A stretch of 64,000 nucleotides of DNA from a virus, in IMG/VR virus record IMGVR_UViG_3300027833_000015, positions 89,884 through 153,883 of that record. One strand, written 5' to 3'. How positions within the stretch are numbered: the stretch's first letter is position 1; every line of letters begins with the position of its first letter. This document shows, piece after piece, positions 54,420 through 63,812 of this stretch. The notes below the pieces were generated by a model, which saw nothing but the letters and a program-made list of their open reading frames with translations, was not told where the DNA came from and searched no databases. Made by a program: the position numbers and the translations under genes.

Positions 54420-54686
54420 TTAATCCTCAGCAGTCACCACTGCCATTCCGATCTTCTTTAAGTTTTCGTGCTCGCCCGACAATGTGAATATTCTACCGTC
54501 TCCGATGATAACTTTGAGCACCTTCTTGTATACTCGAGCATGGGAATATTTAGGACATTGTTCCATTCTCAGGTGTACTGAGACAACTTCGCCATACAAA
54601 ATATCTGATGAGATTGATGGTTTCCAACATACTCTGCGTCCTGGAACGTCTACTGATGCTGGTATTACTTTCTTTGCTTTGCTCAT
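54420..54686 (-). CDS. Hypothetical protein
   Basis: ORF in operon. Confidence 0.5.
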   Translation of the reverse strand: MSKAKKVIPASVDVPGRRVCWKPSISSDILYGEVVSVHLRMEQCPKYSHARVYKKVLKVIIGDGRIFTLSGEHENLKKIGMAVVTAED

Positions 54687-54958
54687 TACATGAATCCTTC
54701 GAGTGAATTATACGACACGCTGTCCCATGGATCAGGCGTGAATGGTTTGATAAAAGTGGTGGGAAGTTCTTCCCTCAATTTCTTAAACTTTCTGCGGGAC
54801 TTGGAGAAGTTTACAATTGGTTTGCTGAACTTCTGCCAGTCTGCGCAGTCTGGTGTTCGTATCGCTACAAGCATTCCTTCATCATTGATGAGGTAATCCA
54901 TGTTGGTGACTTTGTGCGGACATTCGGTCCACTCAGTCACTTCGCGAATCATTTGCAT
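54686..54958 (-). CDS. Hypothetical protein
   Basis: EVTEW...FSKSRRKFKKL. Confidence 0.55.
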   Translation of the reverse strand: MQMIREVTEWTECPHKVTNMDYLINDEGMLVAIRTPDCADWQKFSKPIVNFSKSRRKFKKLREELPTTFIKPFTPDPWDSVSYNSLEGFM

Positions 54959-55222
54959 ATTGACGCACCTACACAACGATTGATCTGCTTCTTGTAGAAA
55001 TAGTACAACTTTGGGTTGCCTTCGAGTTCTACCTGACCAGTCATATAGTTGTCCGCATCGATGATAGCAGTGCCATCTGTAACTGCCTCGACCAGAGTTT
55101 CGTATGTTACAGTGTGACTTGGGGTCACACCCTCGAGTTCTTTCTGAGGAATTGCTTCCTTGTAATAGTTGAAATTAAATAACGCCACAGGACTGTCTCC
55201 TTGTCTGATGCCGATTGATTGT

Positions 55223-55522
55223 TTAGTTGTTTTGAAATTCTTGCTCGAACAAATCGTATTCGTTCTTTGCTGAATCCTTCTCGTTTGCTTCATACACAAC
55301 CGCTCGGGCGACACCTTCGCAGCGACCACAAGCAAGTTTATATCCTGCTGTGAATGCTGACTCCAGAAGTGCAATCACCACATGTGGTTGTTCTATTGTC
55401 ATATGAGAAAGACGGTCGATCATTGACTTCATCTCTCCCCACTGAAGATAATCATCACAATTATCTTTTACCGCATCGATACCATCGATGATTACTTCAC
55501 GTTCGTTCATCACATTCCTCAC
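55223..55522 (-). CDS. Hypothetical protein
   Basis: ORF in operon. Confidence 0.5.
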   Translation of the reverse strand: MRNVMNEREVIIDGIDAVKDNCDDYLQWGEMKSMIDRLSHMTIEQPHVVIALLESAFTAGYKLACGRCEGVARAVVYEANEKDSAKNEYDLFEQEFQNN

Positions 55523-56010
55523 TTATCTACTGCCAAATACAAACCGATATTCGCAAAGGCATATCCCGCATAGCACAGTGCCATGGGGACGTTGCCTTTG
55601 AATGATTGCTCCGCGCATATGTAGAAGTATATCACTCCTGTCAACGCTACCAACCACCCACTCACTGAAACAAACTCAATGGGGTTTCCATTAGAACGTG
55701 TCTCCTTCTTCTGTCAAATATACAACCGACTCACTCAACTGAGTCTTCAGTTGGACGAGGTCTGCTTCCAGTCTCTCCATCCAAACACCCTGCTCTTGGC
55801 CAGTTTGTTTACCATGCTGGATCAATGATTCCAGTGCTTTGATTTCTTCTTGAATTGTCATTATGCGTCCACCTTCTCAAAGACTTTTGCTTTCAGTTCT
55901 GCAACCTGCTGCATCAATCGGGCGATCTCCCTGTCCTTGATGGCAAGGCGATCTTCGTTCAATTCTATAGTGTTCCGAAGAATACTTTGAATCAGTTGGT
56001 CATTTTTCAT

Positions 56011-56105
56011 TTTACTTCCTTCCGTTTCTCTCGACTATGGAACTATTATCGCGTATTCAGGGTACAAAGACAAAGTCTAAAAACCTGAATAGAATCAATG
56101 GGTTA
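56011..56105 (-). promoter_or_regulatory. IHF/promoter cassette, copy 10
   Basis: Box AATCAATGGGTTA 56093-56105. Confidence 0.8.
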
Positions 56106-56256
56106 TGTTACAAGCACTCGCCAGAAGCAGCAGGACGCCTACAACGACCACTATGGACATCACTCGATCGTGGCGTGTCGCGCACTTGATTCGAGACTGA
56201 CGGATTCGCTCTTCTGATTCCGCACGACATTGTTCCAAAAATGCTTCACTTTTCAT
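56095..56256 (-). CDS. Small membrane protein (53 aa)
   Basis: Manual ORF MKSEAFLEQC...VVVVGVLLLLASACNITH between two cassettes. Confidence 0.6.
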   Translation of the reverse strand: MKSEAFLEQCRAESEERIRQSRIKCATRHDRVMSIVVVVGVLLLLASACNITH

Positions 56257-56354
56257 ACTCACTTCCTCTTGGTTTCTCTCTCAACTTGCAACCATTATAG
56301 CGCGAGGGAGGCACAAAGGCAAAGTCTAAAAAAGTGAATAGAATCAATGACTTA
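56257..56354 (-). promoter_or_regulatory. IHF/promoter cassette, copy 11
   Basis: Box 56342-56354; TTGCCT-17-TATAAT. Confidence 0.85.
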
Positions 56355-56387
56355 CGAGGGGTGATACATGGATACATGTATGGAGGG

Positions 56388-56464
56388 TGGTCGGGGATGG
56401 AGGATTTGAACCTCCGACCTCATGCTCCCAAAGCATGCGCACTACCAAACTGTGCTAATCCCCG
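56388..56464 (-). tRNA. tRNA-Pro (UGG)
   Basis: 77-nt cloverleaf CGGGGAT...TTTGGGA...GTTCAAATC...ATCCCCGACCA with encoded CCA. Confidence 0.97.
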
Positions 56465-56473
56465 TGGTGTTAT

Positions 56474-57874
56474 CTATATGTTTTGTCTCAGGTCGGACTC
56501 AACGGTTGCTTCTTGTGAGGTCGTGTATAGAAGTTTGTCTTCGCCCAAACTGTTGCAACGTCTTGGGGTGGTGAAGTTATATCCATACATATCCAATATC
56601 GCCATTTGTACTGGTGCTTCCATCGCATTAGTCTGCAACCAATCATTCCGACCTTTCATAAACTCGTGGAATATTCTCCTGTCATTGTATATCGAGGAAG
56701 ACATAATATCCATGTTGGCAGAGATGGCACGATTGTATAACCTTGGTGAACAAACCCTCGCCAGAGTATCTACGATCCACTTGTGAGGAACTTCGTGCAG
56801 GCGACACATAACCTTGTCAATGTATTTGTGGAACACTTCCTCGGCATTCTCCTCATCGTTCCGATATGCAGAACCATACATGCCACTCTTGGAGCAGATA
56901 TCCATCTTAACCATATTCTCCATGTGCTGAGTGTTGTCGGAATAGTATTTTAAAATCAATACAAGCACATGGTGGAGTAGGTCTCTCACGAACATCTCAT
57001 TACCATTTGAACCATACATAAGAATATCGGGCAACCTTTCTTGCATCTTAAGATGTTTGTATGTGGGTATGCATGCTTGCTGTCGGCAAGAAGAGTCAAC
57101 CAAATGGTTTAGACATTCCTGATAATCATCTTTTGAATGGTATGTGTAGTGGTGCGTATTAGGAAAGTTGCTTTGTGCTCGCTTCAGATACTCATGCTGG
57201 TTTTTTGATTTGCACGTGTCGAGACCATAGAGCAGTTGAAGGTCTTCGCGAAAAAACAATGACTGCAATGCAGAGTCCAACCCGTCACTGAGCGAGCAGT
57301 ACCGTAGTGGATACTTCTCTTTGATCACTTCTGAGTGATCCTTCATGCATTGGTGTATGTATTCGGTCAGTCCTTCAACGTCTTGCCAGACCTCTTGTGC
57401 GAGGGCATCTTTGGCGTCTTGATGATAATTGTAGAGAGGATTGAATATGACGACGTGATCGTAGAAAGTTGTGCACTCGGCATTAGAATGTTCTTGGTCG
57501 TGTCGATCGCCATAGAGATCTGTCCTAACAAGGTCTGTCTCTTCAATTGTCATATAGGGGAGATGGTTGGTGATTTCTATCCCATATTTTTCAGATATAA
57601 ACAGTTTGTGGTTTTGGAAATAGTCGACTGACAGATCATAATTATTTTTTGTCAGTTTAACTGCAAAGAAGTTTCCATTCGCTTCCCTGAAACTAAAGTT
57701 CGAACAAACTTCTTCTATGTCTCCTTCAATCAAATATCCGCAATAGAGGACAATGTGGTCTGCGAATTTCCATATCTCAACTTTGTCGTCTCGAATAAAA
57801 TACCAGTCGCCATAGTTCTCAACGTGTTGTTGTTTAGTGAACTTGGATTTGTCTTTGCATATAAAAAACTTCAT
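56474..57874 (-). CDS. Asparagine synthetase-like ATP pyrophosphatase / amide ligase
   Basis: SLSDGLDS PP-loop, GSNGNEMF, ANGNFFAV (Ntn remnant); no N-terminal Cys. Confidence 0.7.
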   Translation of the reverse strand: MKFFICKDKSKFTKQQHVENYGDWYFIRDDKVEIWKFADHIVLYCGYLIEGDIEEVCSNFSFREANGNFFAVKLTKNNYDLSVDYFQNHKLFISEKYGIEITNHLPYMTIEETDLVRTDLYGDRHDQEHSNAECTTFYDHVVIFNPLYNYHQDAKDALAQEVWQDVEGLTEYIHQCMKDHSEVIKEKYPLRYCSLSDGLDSALQSLFFREDLQLLYGLDTCKSKNQHEYLKRAQSNFPNTHHYTYHSKDDYQECLNHLVDSSCRQQACIPTYKHLKMQERLPDILMYGSNGNEMFVRDLLHHVLVLILKYYSDNTQHMENMVKMDICSKSGMYGSAYRNDEENAEEVFHKYIDKVMCRLHEVPHKWIVDTLARVCSPRLYNRAISANMDIMSSSIYNDRRIFHEFMKGRNDWLQTNAMEAPVQMAILDMYGYNFTTPRRCNSLGEDKLLYTTSQEATVESDLRQNI

Positions 57875-57878
57875 AGTA

Positions 57879-58562
57879 TCACCAGAAGGTTACTATCTCG
57901 TGCGCGTGTACAGCGCAATGTATCTGGAAGGTTATCCGTGACTCTCCATCGAGGCAGACAACATTGCCAATGGCATGCTGAGTCATACCACCCCAGTGTC
58001 CCAGCATGCCCACGGTGTAGTCCAGATGGCGGTCAACTCCCTGATCGTCCTGCCATTTCAGACCAGTGGGGGTGGATGGTAATACAATCGGAACAACATA
58101 CGAATCTATTTCAATGCCACGCAACTCTTCTATCTTGTATATGTCGCGGTGGTATACGTTCTTCCTCGCCTGATGCGCGTCAAGCGAATCAGAACTCCGC
58201 TCACGTTCATCAAGATTAGCATCGTCCATGTATCCACCTGTGTAGAGTGGACCATTGAATATATGGAATCCAGGATAATTTAGATTGGGACTGAATCGTA
58301 TTGGTCTGGAGTATCGCTCTCCAAGAGTTTCGAAGAGTTTGGCATATAACCATGAGAACTCCTCCATCATAAATGGTTTCGTGCTCTGGAGGACTTGGAC
58401 GCCCCGAGTGGTGGCAATGGCGGCACTCATGGGGAGCATACACATCTCCCTCTTTCCCGCATACATTGGTTCCCAATACTCTTCCAGTCGGTGTAGTGAC
58501 TCCAAGATTTCTTCTATCTCTTCGGGGCACAACCAACTATCAGATAATACAGAGGGATACAT
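57879..58562 (-). CDS. 2OG-Fe(II)-type oxygenase
   Basis: PGFHIF, HRD, HAIG, RITFQIH. Confidence 0.7.
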   Translation of the reverse strand: MYPSVLSDSWLCPEEIEEILESLHRLEEYWEPMYAGKREMCMLPMSAAIATTRGVQVLQSTKPFMMEEFSWLYAKLFETLGERYSRPIRFSPNLNYPGFHIFNGPLYTGGYMDDANLDERERSSDSLDAHQARKNVYHRDIYKIEELRGIEIDSYVVPIVLPSTPTGLKWQDDQGVDRHLDYTVGMLGHWGGMTQHAIGNVVCLDGESRITFQIHCAVHAHEIVTFW

Positions 58563-58784
58563 CTATGGGTTGATGATCATCTCGATAAACTCATCCATTC
58601 CTTTCACAGACTCAATGTCGTTGAGTGGGATGGATATGTCGAGTTCGTCTTCTATGTCCATGATGAGATCCATCATAGACAGCGAGTCAATCTCGTTGAA
58701 CTCCTGCTGGGAATTCTCTTCCATGTGTTCATTAATGACCTGCACGATTCTTTCTCGTACAACTCGCTCAATTCTTGTCTTCAT
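58563..58784 (-). CDS. Acyl carrier protein
   Basis: IDSLSMMDLIMDIEDELDISIP phosphopantetheine-site helix; acidic 73 aa. Confidence 0.85.
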   Translation of the reverse strand: MKTRIERVVRERIVQVINEHMEENSQQEFNEIDSLSMMDLIMDIEDELDISIPLNDIESVKGMDEFIEMIINP

Positions 58785-59038
58785 GAGTGCCTCTCATACA
58801 CATATACATCATACCGAGTGGCATTATTTAGTCCACCCTCTATGTTCCCGCACCAGTCATACTTTGACCCGTCAGCAGGAACTCTTCCTCGTAGCAGTAC
58901 GCGCAGTCGGGTTGGTATGCCCATCTGTTTGTGCTGCTTGTTTGTCCACTTGATCCGTTCTCTCAGTTCCAACACAGCAGGGTCATTCCTGTCATGCGTT
59001 GTCAACCTGTGGGAATCGCTGCGTTTGTTCTCGCTCAT
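58781..59038 (-). CDS. Hypothetical protein
   Basis: Coupled ORF. Confidence 0.55.
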   Translation of the reverse strand: MSENKRSDSHRLTTHDRNDPAVLELRERIKWTNKQHKQMGIPTRLRVLLRGRVPADGSKYDWCGNIEGGLNNATRYDVYVYERHS

Positions 59039-60132
59039 AGATCGTCTCTCCACTGCAATGCTATCGGCAATTGCGGTATGTTATCCTTGGACATATTGTG
59101 AAACTTGACAGTCAGCATATTGCCAACCAACAGGTCTCTCTCAATCCACTGGTCATCTTTCTGTTGCATGGTTCCATTTGCTGTGACGTTGAACTTCGCG
59201 CCATCTTCGGTCTCGCATATCCACACGGGAACCTGAAACATCTCATCGCCTCGGATGTAGGGTTTGCCCTCTTCATATCCGACGACCTTGAACTCAGCGT
59301 CATGAAACTCTTTGACCTTGAGTAGTTTGCGAGACCGTTTGTCTGTCCCGTATCCGTCAGTGCCAAAGCGCAACATCGTGCCCTCGTATCCTGCCTCACG
59401 CCATTTCTTGTGAAGCATCGTCACCTCTTCCATATCGTATACATCGTATGTGGGGTTGACAACAATCTTCGGATGGAACTCATGGTATCCTTCCTCAAAG
59501 TCCTTAGTCCTCTCAGAGAAAGATGCATTCTCGTCCACAACATCATAGATGTGGTACTCGACCTGCTCGGACTCGGGAGTCAACTTCTTGATGAGGGATC
59601 CCAATTCCTGTAGCGTCTTGCCATGCAGATACAACTCACCGTCGAGGTGTAGACCCTGACGGTCTGATGCATTGATAGCATCAACGATGTGAGGCAGATT
59701 GATCACCTTGCCCGAGCGAGAGTATAGAACACCATCGACAAACAATGCACGATGACCGTCCAACTTGGGTTGAACGTATGCGGTGTTCCACTCAATGCTC
59801 TCTGGTTTGACCTTATCCAGCGATGTCGCCAGCATGGGTTTCTTCAGACCAAGCGCATTGGTTGCTGGTGCAACTGCTGCCTTCTTTGTCTTGACATACC
59901 CTTTGTCAATCTTACGCTTCGACTTGCTGACGTTCTCGAGCACTGCCTGTTCTTCGGGAGTGGTCTCATTCGACCGTCCGACGTTCTTCCCCTTGGCAGT
60001 GTACTGAGTCGTGACCCAACTTCCACCAAGTTTAGTGACGGAGGAACTGAAGACAACTGCACCTTCAGTCCAACCCTCCCACGAACCAACGGACTTGCCG
60101 TGATTCTTGAACAGTGTGATCTTATTCGCCAT
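59035..60132 (-). CDS. ATP-dependent DNA ligase
   Basis: QPKLDGHR, LDGELY, YEGTMLR, LLKVK, C-terminal OB fold. Confidence 0.93.
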   Translation of the reverse strand: MANKITLFKNHGKSVGSWEGWTEGAVVFSSSVTKLGGSWVTTQYTAKGKNVGRSNETTPEEQAVLENVSKSKRKIDKGYVKTKKAAVAPATNALGLKKPMLATSLDKVKPESIEWNTAYVQPKLDGHRALFVDGVLYSRSGKVINLPHIVDAINASDRQGLHLDGELYLHGKTLQELGSLIKKLTPESEQVEYHIYDVVDENASFSERTKDFEEGYHEFHPKIVVNPTYDVYDMEEVTMLHKKWREAGYEGTMLRFGTDGYGTDKRSRKLLKVKEFHDAEFKVVGYEEGKPYIRGDEMFQVPVWICETEDGAKFNVTANGTMQQKDDQWIERDLLVGNMLTVKFHNMSKDNIPQLPIALQWRDDL

Positions 60133-60374
60133 TATTCTCCATCCTCCTCATTCAATTCTTTCTTGTCCTTGAGGTATGACTTCATGCCCTCAAGTCCACC
60201 AAGGCAGGAGATGTCGAGGTTATACTGTGCCTCAATCTTCTCAATCAACCCTTGCTTCTTCTCCAGAACATAGTAGTCCTGTGGGTGCAGGGGAATGCTA
60301 TTCGCCTTGCCTGATTTCGCCCAACGCTCAATGCGCTCTGCTAATGGTGTTGCCACTTGTGATAATGCTGCCAT
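60132..60374 (-). CDS. Hypothetical protein
   Basis: ORF in operon. Confidence 0.5.
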   Translation of the reverse strand: MAALSQVATPLAERIERWAKSGKANSIPLHPQDYYVLEKKQGLIEKIEAQYNLDISCLGGLEGMKSYLKDKKELNEEDGE

Positions 60375-60505
60375 GATTATATTCCCATTCCTATGATTGT
60401 TCCTAATGCTACACCGACAATTGCCAGTAATACAAACCCAAATAACTCGTTTTTCCAATCGGTCATACCCTTCACTTTCTTATTCCTTGTTGCCATATCT
60501 TTCAT

Positions 60506-60596
60506 TTTTACTTCCTCTCTTCTCAACGAACAACTATTATCCTACAATCGAGGGACAAAGACAAAGTCTAAAATCCCTATACAAATCAACAACTTA
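60506..60596 (-). promoter_or_regulatory. IHF/promoter cassette, copy 12
   Basis: Box 60584-60596; TTGTCT...GATAAT. Confidence 0.8.
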
Positions 60597-60848
60597 GATC
60601 ATCTCGAGCATGGTCGATGCGAGTATGCTTCCCATGACAGCATTGAGTAGTATCAGTGCGCGATCTTTCCACATGATGGATACCCACAACCAACCTACAC
60701 AGGCAGCGAATCCGAGCATAATATCATACTCACGAAACTCTGGTCCAGCAGCGCGAAACAACACGCTCGTCAGCACCATAGCAGTTGCCACCCACTTGAC
60801 ATACCAGTCCAGTCCACGTTTGTCAGTATCTACATGACTCGTTGACAT
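60594..60848 (-). CDS. Small multi-pass membrane protein
   Basis: DWYVKW...WKDRALILLN. Confidence 0.7.
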   Translation of the reverse strand: MSTSHVDTDKRGLDWYVKWVATAMVLTSVLFRAAGPEFREYDIMLGFAACVGWLWVSIMWKDRALILLNAVMGSILASTMLEMI

Positions 60849-61051
60849 TACTGGAACTCGCTCAGTCGCTCAGCGAACCATTCCTGATTCTCCTCGACTG
60901 CCTTGCGCAACTTCACTAATTCAAACTGCTGGTCTTCGAGCAGTTCCAACATGCGGAGTGCTTCCGAGTATCGGATGACCTCGCCATAATCGCTCTCCAC
61001 GAGTCGTGCGCGGTCTGCTTCGTAGTCTACTTCCAGTGCATATCGTTTCAT
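60848..61051 (-). CDS. Hypothetical protein
   Basis: Coupled ORF. Confidence 0.55.
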   Translation of the reverse strand: MKRYALEVDYEADRARLVESDYGEVIRYSEALRMLELLEDQQFELVKLRKAVEENQEWFAERLSEFQ

Positions 61052-61495
61052 TTTACTTCTCCCATCTTCGTATCAACTTGTTCACATTTATCTTCGTCCA
61101 CCCAGTACACCACGCACACCTCACCCGAGCACGTCGAGATAGTCTCGAGTGGCAGGTGGGAGAGTGGTCCAAAGAGAACCTGATTGATCAGCAATGCGCA
61201 TATAGCAGTCATTATACTCTCCTGTTCAGTTCTTTCTTGACTTCGTCAAGGCGATTGCAGTCAGCAAGACTGACCGTCTTGTGCTCAGGCAGTGCGTCCA
61301 GCATCTTATAGAAGTCGCGGACTTCTGTTCTGAGTCCTTGCTTGGTCATTTCACTTGCTATATTCATCTCTACCTTTCCTCGTATTCTATAACGCCAAAC
61401 AAAATGTCTACTTCGGTGACCGTATAACCTAATGCTCTGAGTTCCCTGATCTTGCCTTTGATTGCTGTAAGTGTGTTTTCTACTACTGTTAACAT

Positions 61496-61592
61496 ATCTA
61501 CTTCCTTCTTGTTTCACTCAACTCAGACTATATTATCGCACAATCAGGAGGCAAAGACAAGAGGTAAAAACCTGAATAGAATCAATGACTTG
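61496..61592 (-). promoter_or_regulatory. IHF/promoter cassette, copy 13
   Basis: Box AATCAATGACTTG 61580-61592. Confidence 0.8.
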
Positions 61593-61770
61593 GGGGCATC
61601 ACCCAGAAACAACCATCGTGGTTGCAGATCTCGCGCTGCCATTTGTTTCCTCCATACACACCAAGGAATGAGACCCAATTGCGAGAATATTCGCTCTCCT
61701 TGTAATAGAACACCACCTTCTGTCCTTCGGGTGGGATGCTGTCTCTGATGTCGTTCCATTCAATGTTCAT
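61582..61770 (-). CDS. Small DUF551-like early protein
   Basis: W...PPEGQKV...WVMPP; stop lies in the IHF box. Confidence 0.55.
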   Translation of the reverse strand: MNIEWNDIRDSIPPEGQKVVFYYKESEYSRNWVSFLGVYGGNKWQREICNHDGCFWVMPPSH

Positions 61771-61988
61771 TGCATATCTCCTTCGAGTGCATGGGGGTTG
61801 CTTCGTGCGCGACTCCGACCCTCTTCATAATACGGACTGTATTCAGGTGCTTTGAGTTTCTGTCCTCGATCATTTCGAATTTCTTCAACACGCTCATCAC
61901 ACTGACGAGCATATGCATGGTATGCTGCAAGTGCGTTTGCTTTCATACACTTCAGTTCTTTGATGCTTTGCACGTTGGATATCTTCAT
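61767..61988 (-). CDS. Hypothetical early protein
   Basis: Coupled ORF. Confidence 0.5.
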   Translation of the reverse strand: MKISNVQSIKELKCMKANALAAYHAYARQCDERVEEIRNDRGQKLKAPEYSPYYEEGRSRARSNPHALEGDMQ

Positions 61989-62162
61989 TTCGCCACCAGT
62001 TTATAACCACTGTATGGGTCATCTCTCTTCAATTCTTCAACCAAAGCAAGTCCTGCTGCTTCGTTGTCTGCCACCTTGATGATGCTCCACTCCCCAACAG
62101 AGGACTGGTACTGACCATATTCATCACGACCCATGACAATGTAGACTTTAGACTGTTTCATT

Positions 62163-62257
62163 TTCCTTCCTTCTCTCTATTCTCTCAACTGCAACCATTA
62201 TAGCACTATGAGGGGACAAAGACAAAGTCTAAAAAACTGAATAGAATCAGGAACTTA
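62163..62257 (-). promoter_or_regulatory. IHF/promoter cassette, copy 14
   Basis: Box AATCAGGAACTTA (1 mismatch); TTGTCT-17-TATAAT. Confidence 0.8.
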
Positions 62258-62300
62258 CGAGTGGGGTGTCGGAGAGGGGATCCTCTCCGAGCATAGGGTG

Positions 62301-63107
62301 TTAGTCTTCCTTGACAAAGACGCCATCTACCATTCGACCCTTGCGGTCTTTGATATCTTCATATGCTACGTTCAGACATTCAGAGATACACACTTCGTTT
62401 CTCTCTGCGATATTGATGAGCACCACCATGATGTCACCTATGTCGTCTTTGATATCATTACCTTTGCACAGGTTGTCGCTCAGTTCCCCACACTCCTGTA
62501 TAAGTTTGCAGAACTGGTCTTTGTCTGTTGATCCATGGATGAGGTTTCTGTCATAGTGCCATTCGATGATATCATTTATCAGTCCATCAGTGTACGAGTC
62601 GCTCCCTGCCGTGCCGTCCATCTCTCCCGCAGTCTCGGTCTCGGTAGAAAAACCATCTGCTCTAACCTCTGAGGCACTCGGTTCGATGCTGTTGAATGGT
62701 CTCTGTGCCTTCATGTCATAATAGGATGGAGTCGCAGACGATGGTGCATCTGTCGGGTAACGATATTGAGATAGGACAGTCTCATCGGTGATCTCTCCTG
62801 TGCCCCAGTCCCATATCTTCACACCCGTCTGTTCTTGGTGTTCTGCTGTGTGGTGAGCAGGGTTGTATGATTCGCGCCATGCCTCTGCGATGGTGTCGGG
62901 ATTGCGTTCTGTTATCTCGAAGAGACGCCCACTCGGATGGGTGAGAGTTCTACGAACTCCCTCATCCACTTCTGCATCCACCCATGCTTGAAGAGTGGTC
63001 ATGGAATCTCGCACAACCGACTCAGGTTCTGATAAGTTGTCATTGCGTTTGGTTGTCACTGGACCGAGTGCCATGGACAGATGGTATAATGCTTCGCGTG
63101 GTGTCAT
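62301..63107 (-). CDS. MazG-like NTP pyrophosphatase with long N-terminal extension
   Basis: QFCKLIQECGEL, DDIGDIMVVL, AYEDIKDRKG. Confidence 0.8.
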   Translation of the reverse strand: MTPREALYHLSMALGPVTTKRNDNLSEPESVVRDSMTTLQAWVDAEVDEGVRRTLTHPSGRLFEITERNPDTIAEAWRESYNPAHHTAEHQEQTGVKIWDWGTGEITDETVLSQYRYPTDAPSSATPSYYDMKAQRPFNSIEPSASEVRADGFSTETETAGEMDGTAGSDSYTDGLINDIIEWHYDRNLIHGSTDKDQFCKLIQECGELSDNLCKGNDIKDDIGDIMVVLINIAERNEVCISECLNVAYEDIKDRKGRMVDGVFVKED

Positions 63108-63118
63108 ACTGTACTTCC

Positions 63119-63535
63119 TTACTTTTGGTGTTTGTCTGCCCAGAGTGCCATTGCTGCTATCTGGTTCTTGATTGCGTCTGCTCTTGTCCACATATCATCA
63201 CTCGCAACAACTGCGTGGCAATGATACAACGACTGCATAGCGTCCTCTAACACACCGAGGATAGTCTGGAGTCGCGCAACCTCGGCAGGAGGGATGTATA
63301 CATCAAGGTGATCATAGTTCGTCTCATCTCCTCGCAACTCATCGACCAATGCCTTCATATGTTCAACAAAGTCCATAGGTGTTTCAGAGAAGGATGGTTC
63401 GAAGTCATCGCCAAAGATGGAGATAGAGTCGTCCTCTATAAGATCCTTGAATGGGTGTCGTATTCTTTTATTACGAAAGTCTATAATGGATACTACGTTG
63501 GGTGTATCCGAGTCACTCGGTTTTTTCATTATCAT
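63119..63535 (-). CDS. Hypothetical protein
   Basis: ORF in operon. Confidence 0.55.
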   Translation of the reverse strand: MIMKKPSDSDTPNVVSIIDFRNKRIRHPFKDLIEDDSISIFGDDFEPSFSETPMDFVEHMKALVDELRGDETNYDHLDVYIPPAEVARLQTILGVLEDAMQSLYHCHAVVASDDMWTRADAIKNQIAAMALWADKHQK

Positions 63536-63812
63536 ATCCTATGATGTCAATAGCACAAACTTGGTTCAGGTTGATGTATGACTTGCCTTCTTCGGGAACG
63601 GCATGGTCAGGTGTTCTCCAATCAAGAGCATATGCTACGACGAATGTGTACATTGCATTAGAGGGATGACCAATGAAGTGATTCACTGTATGTTCATACA
63701 TCTCAGAATACATTCTGTAGGTAACAACGTCACCACTCGTAAACAGGACTTCGATGTCTCGATAACCTTTTGTCGGTGGAGTGGTCTTAGTCTGTCTTGG
63801 TTTCTGCTCCAT
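63513..63812 (-). CDS. Hypothetical protein
   Basis: AGGAG RBS before MEQKP. Confidence 0.55.
   Translation of the reverse strand: MEQKPRQTKTTPPTKGYRDIEVLFTSGDVVTYRMYSEMYEHTVNHFIGHPSNAMYTFVVAYALDWRTPDHAVPEEGKSYINLNQVCAIDIIGYDNEKTE

Noticed and set aside
56388-56464. tRNA-Pro as a prophage attachment site
   Set aside because: No integrase or duplicated tRNA 3' end is seen, and phage genes and cassettes continue on both sides.
5456-62257. Promoter cassettes as IS/MITE ends or integron attC sites
   Set aside because: No terminal inverted repeats, target duplications, attC-like palindromes, transposase or integrase are visible. They are kept as regulatory repeats.
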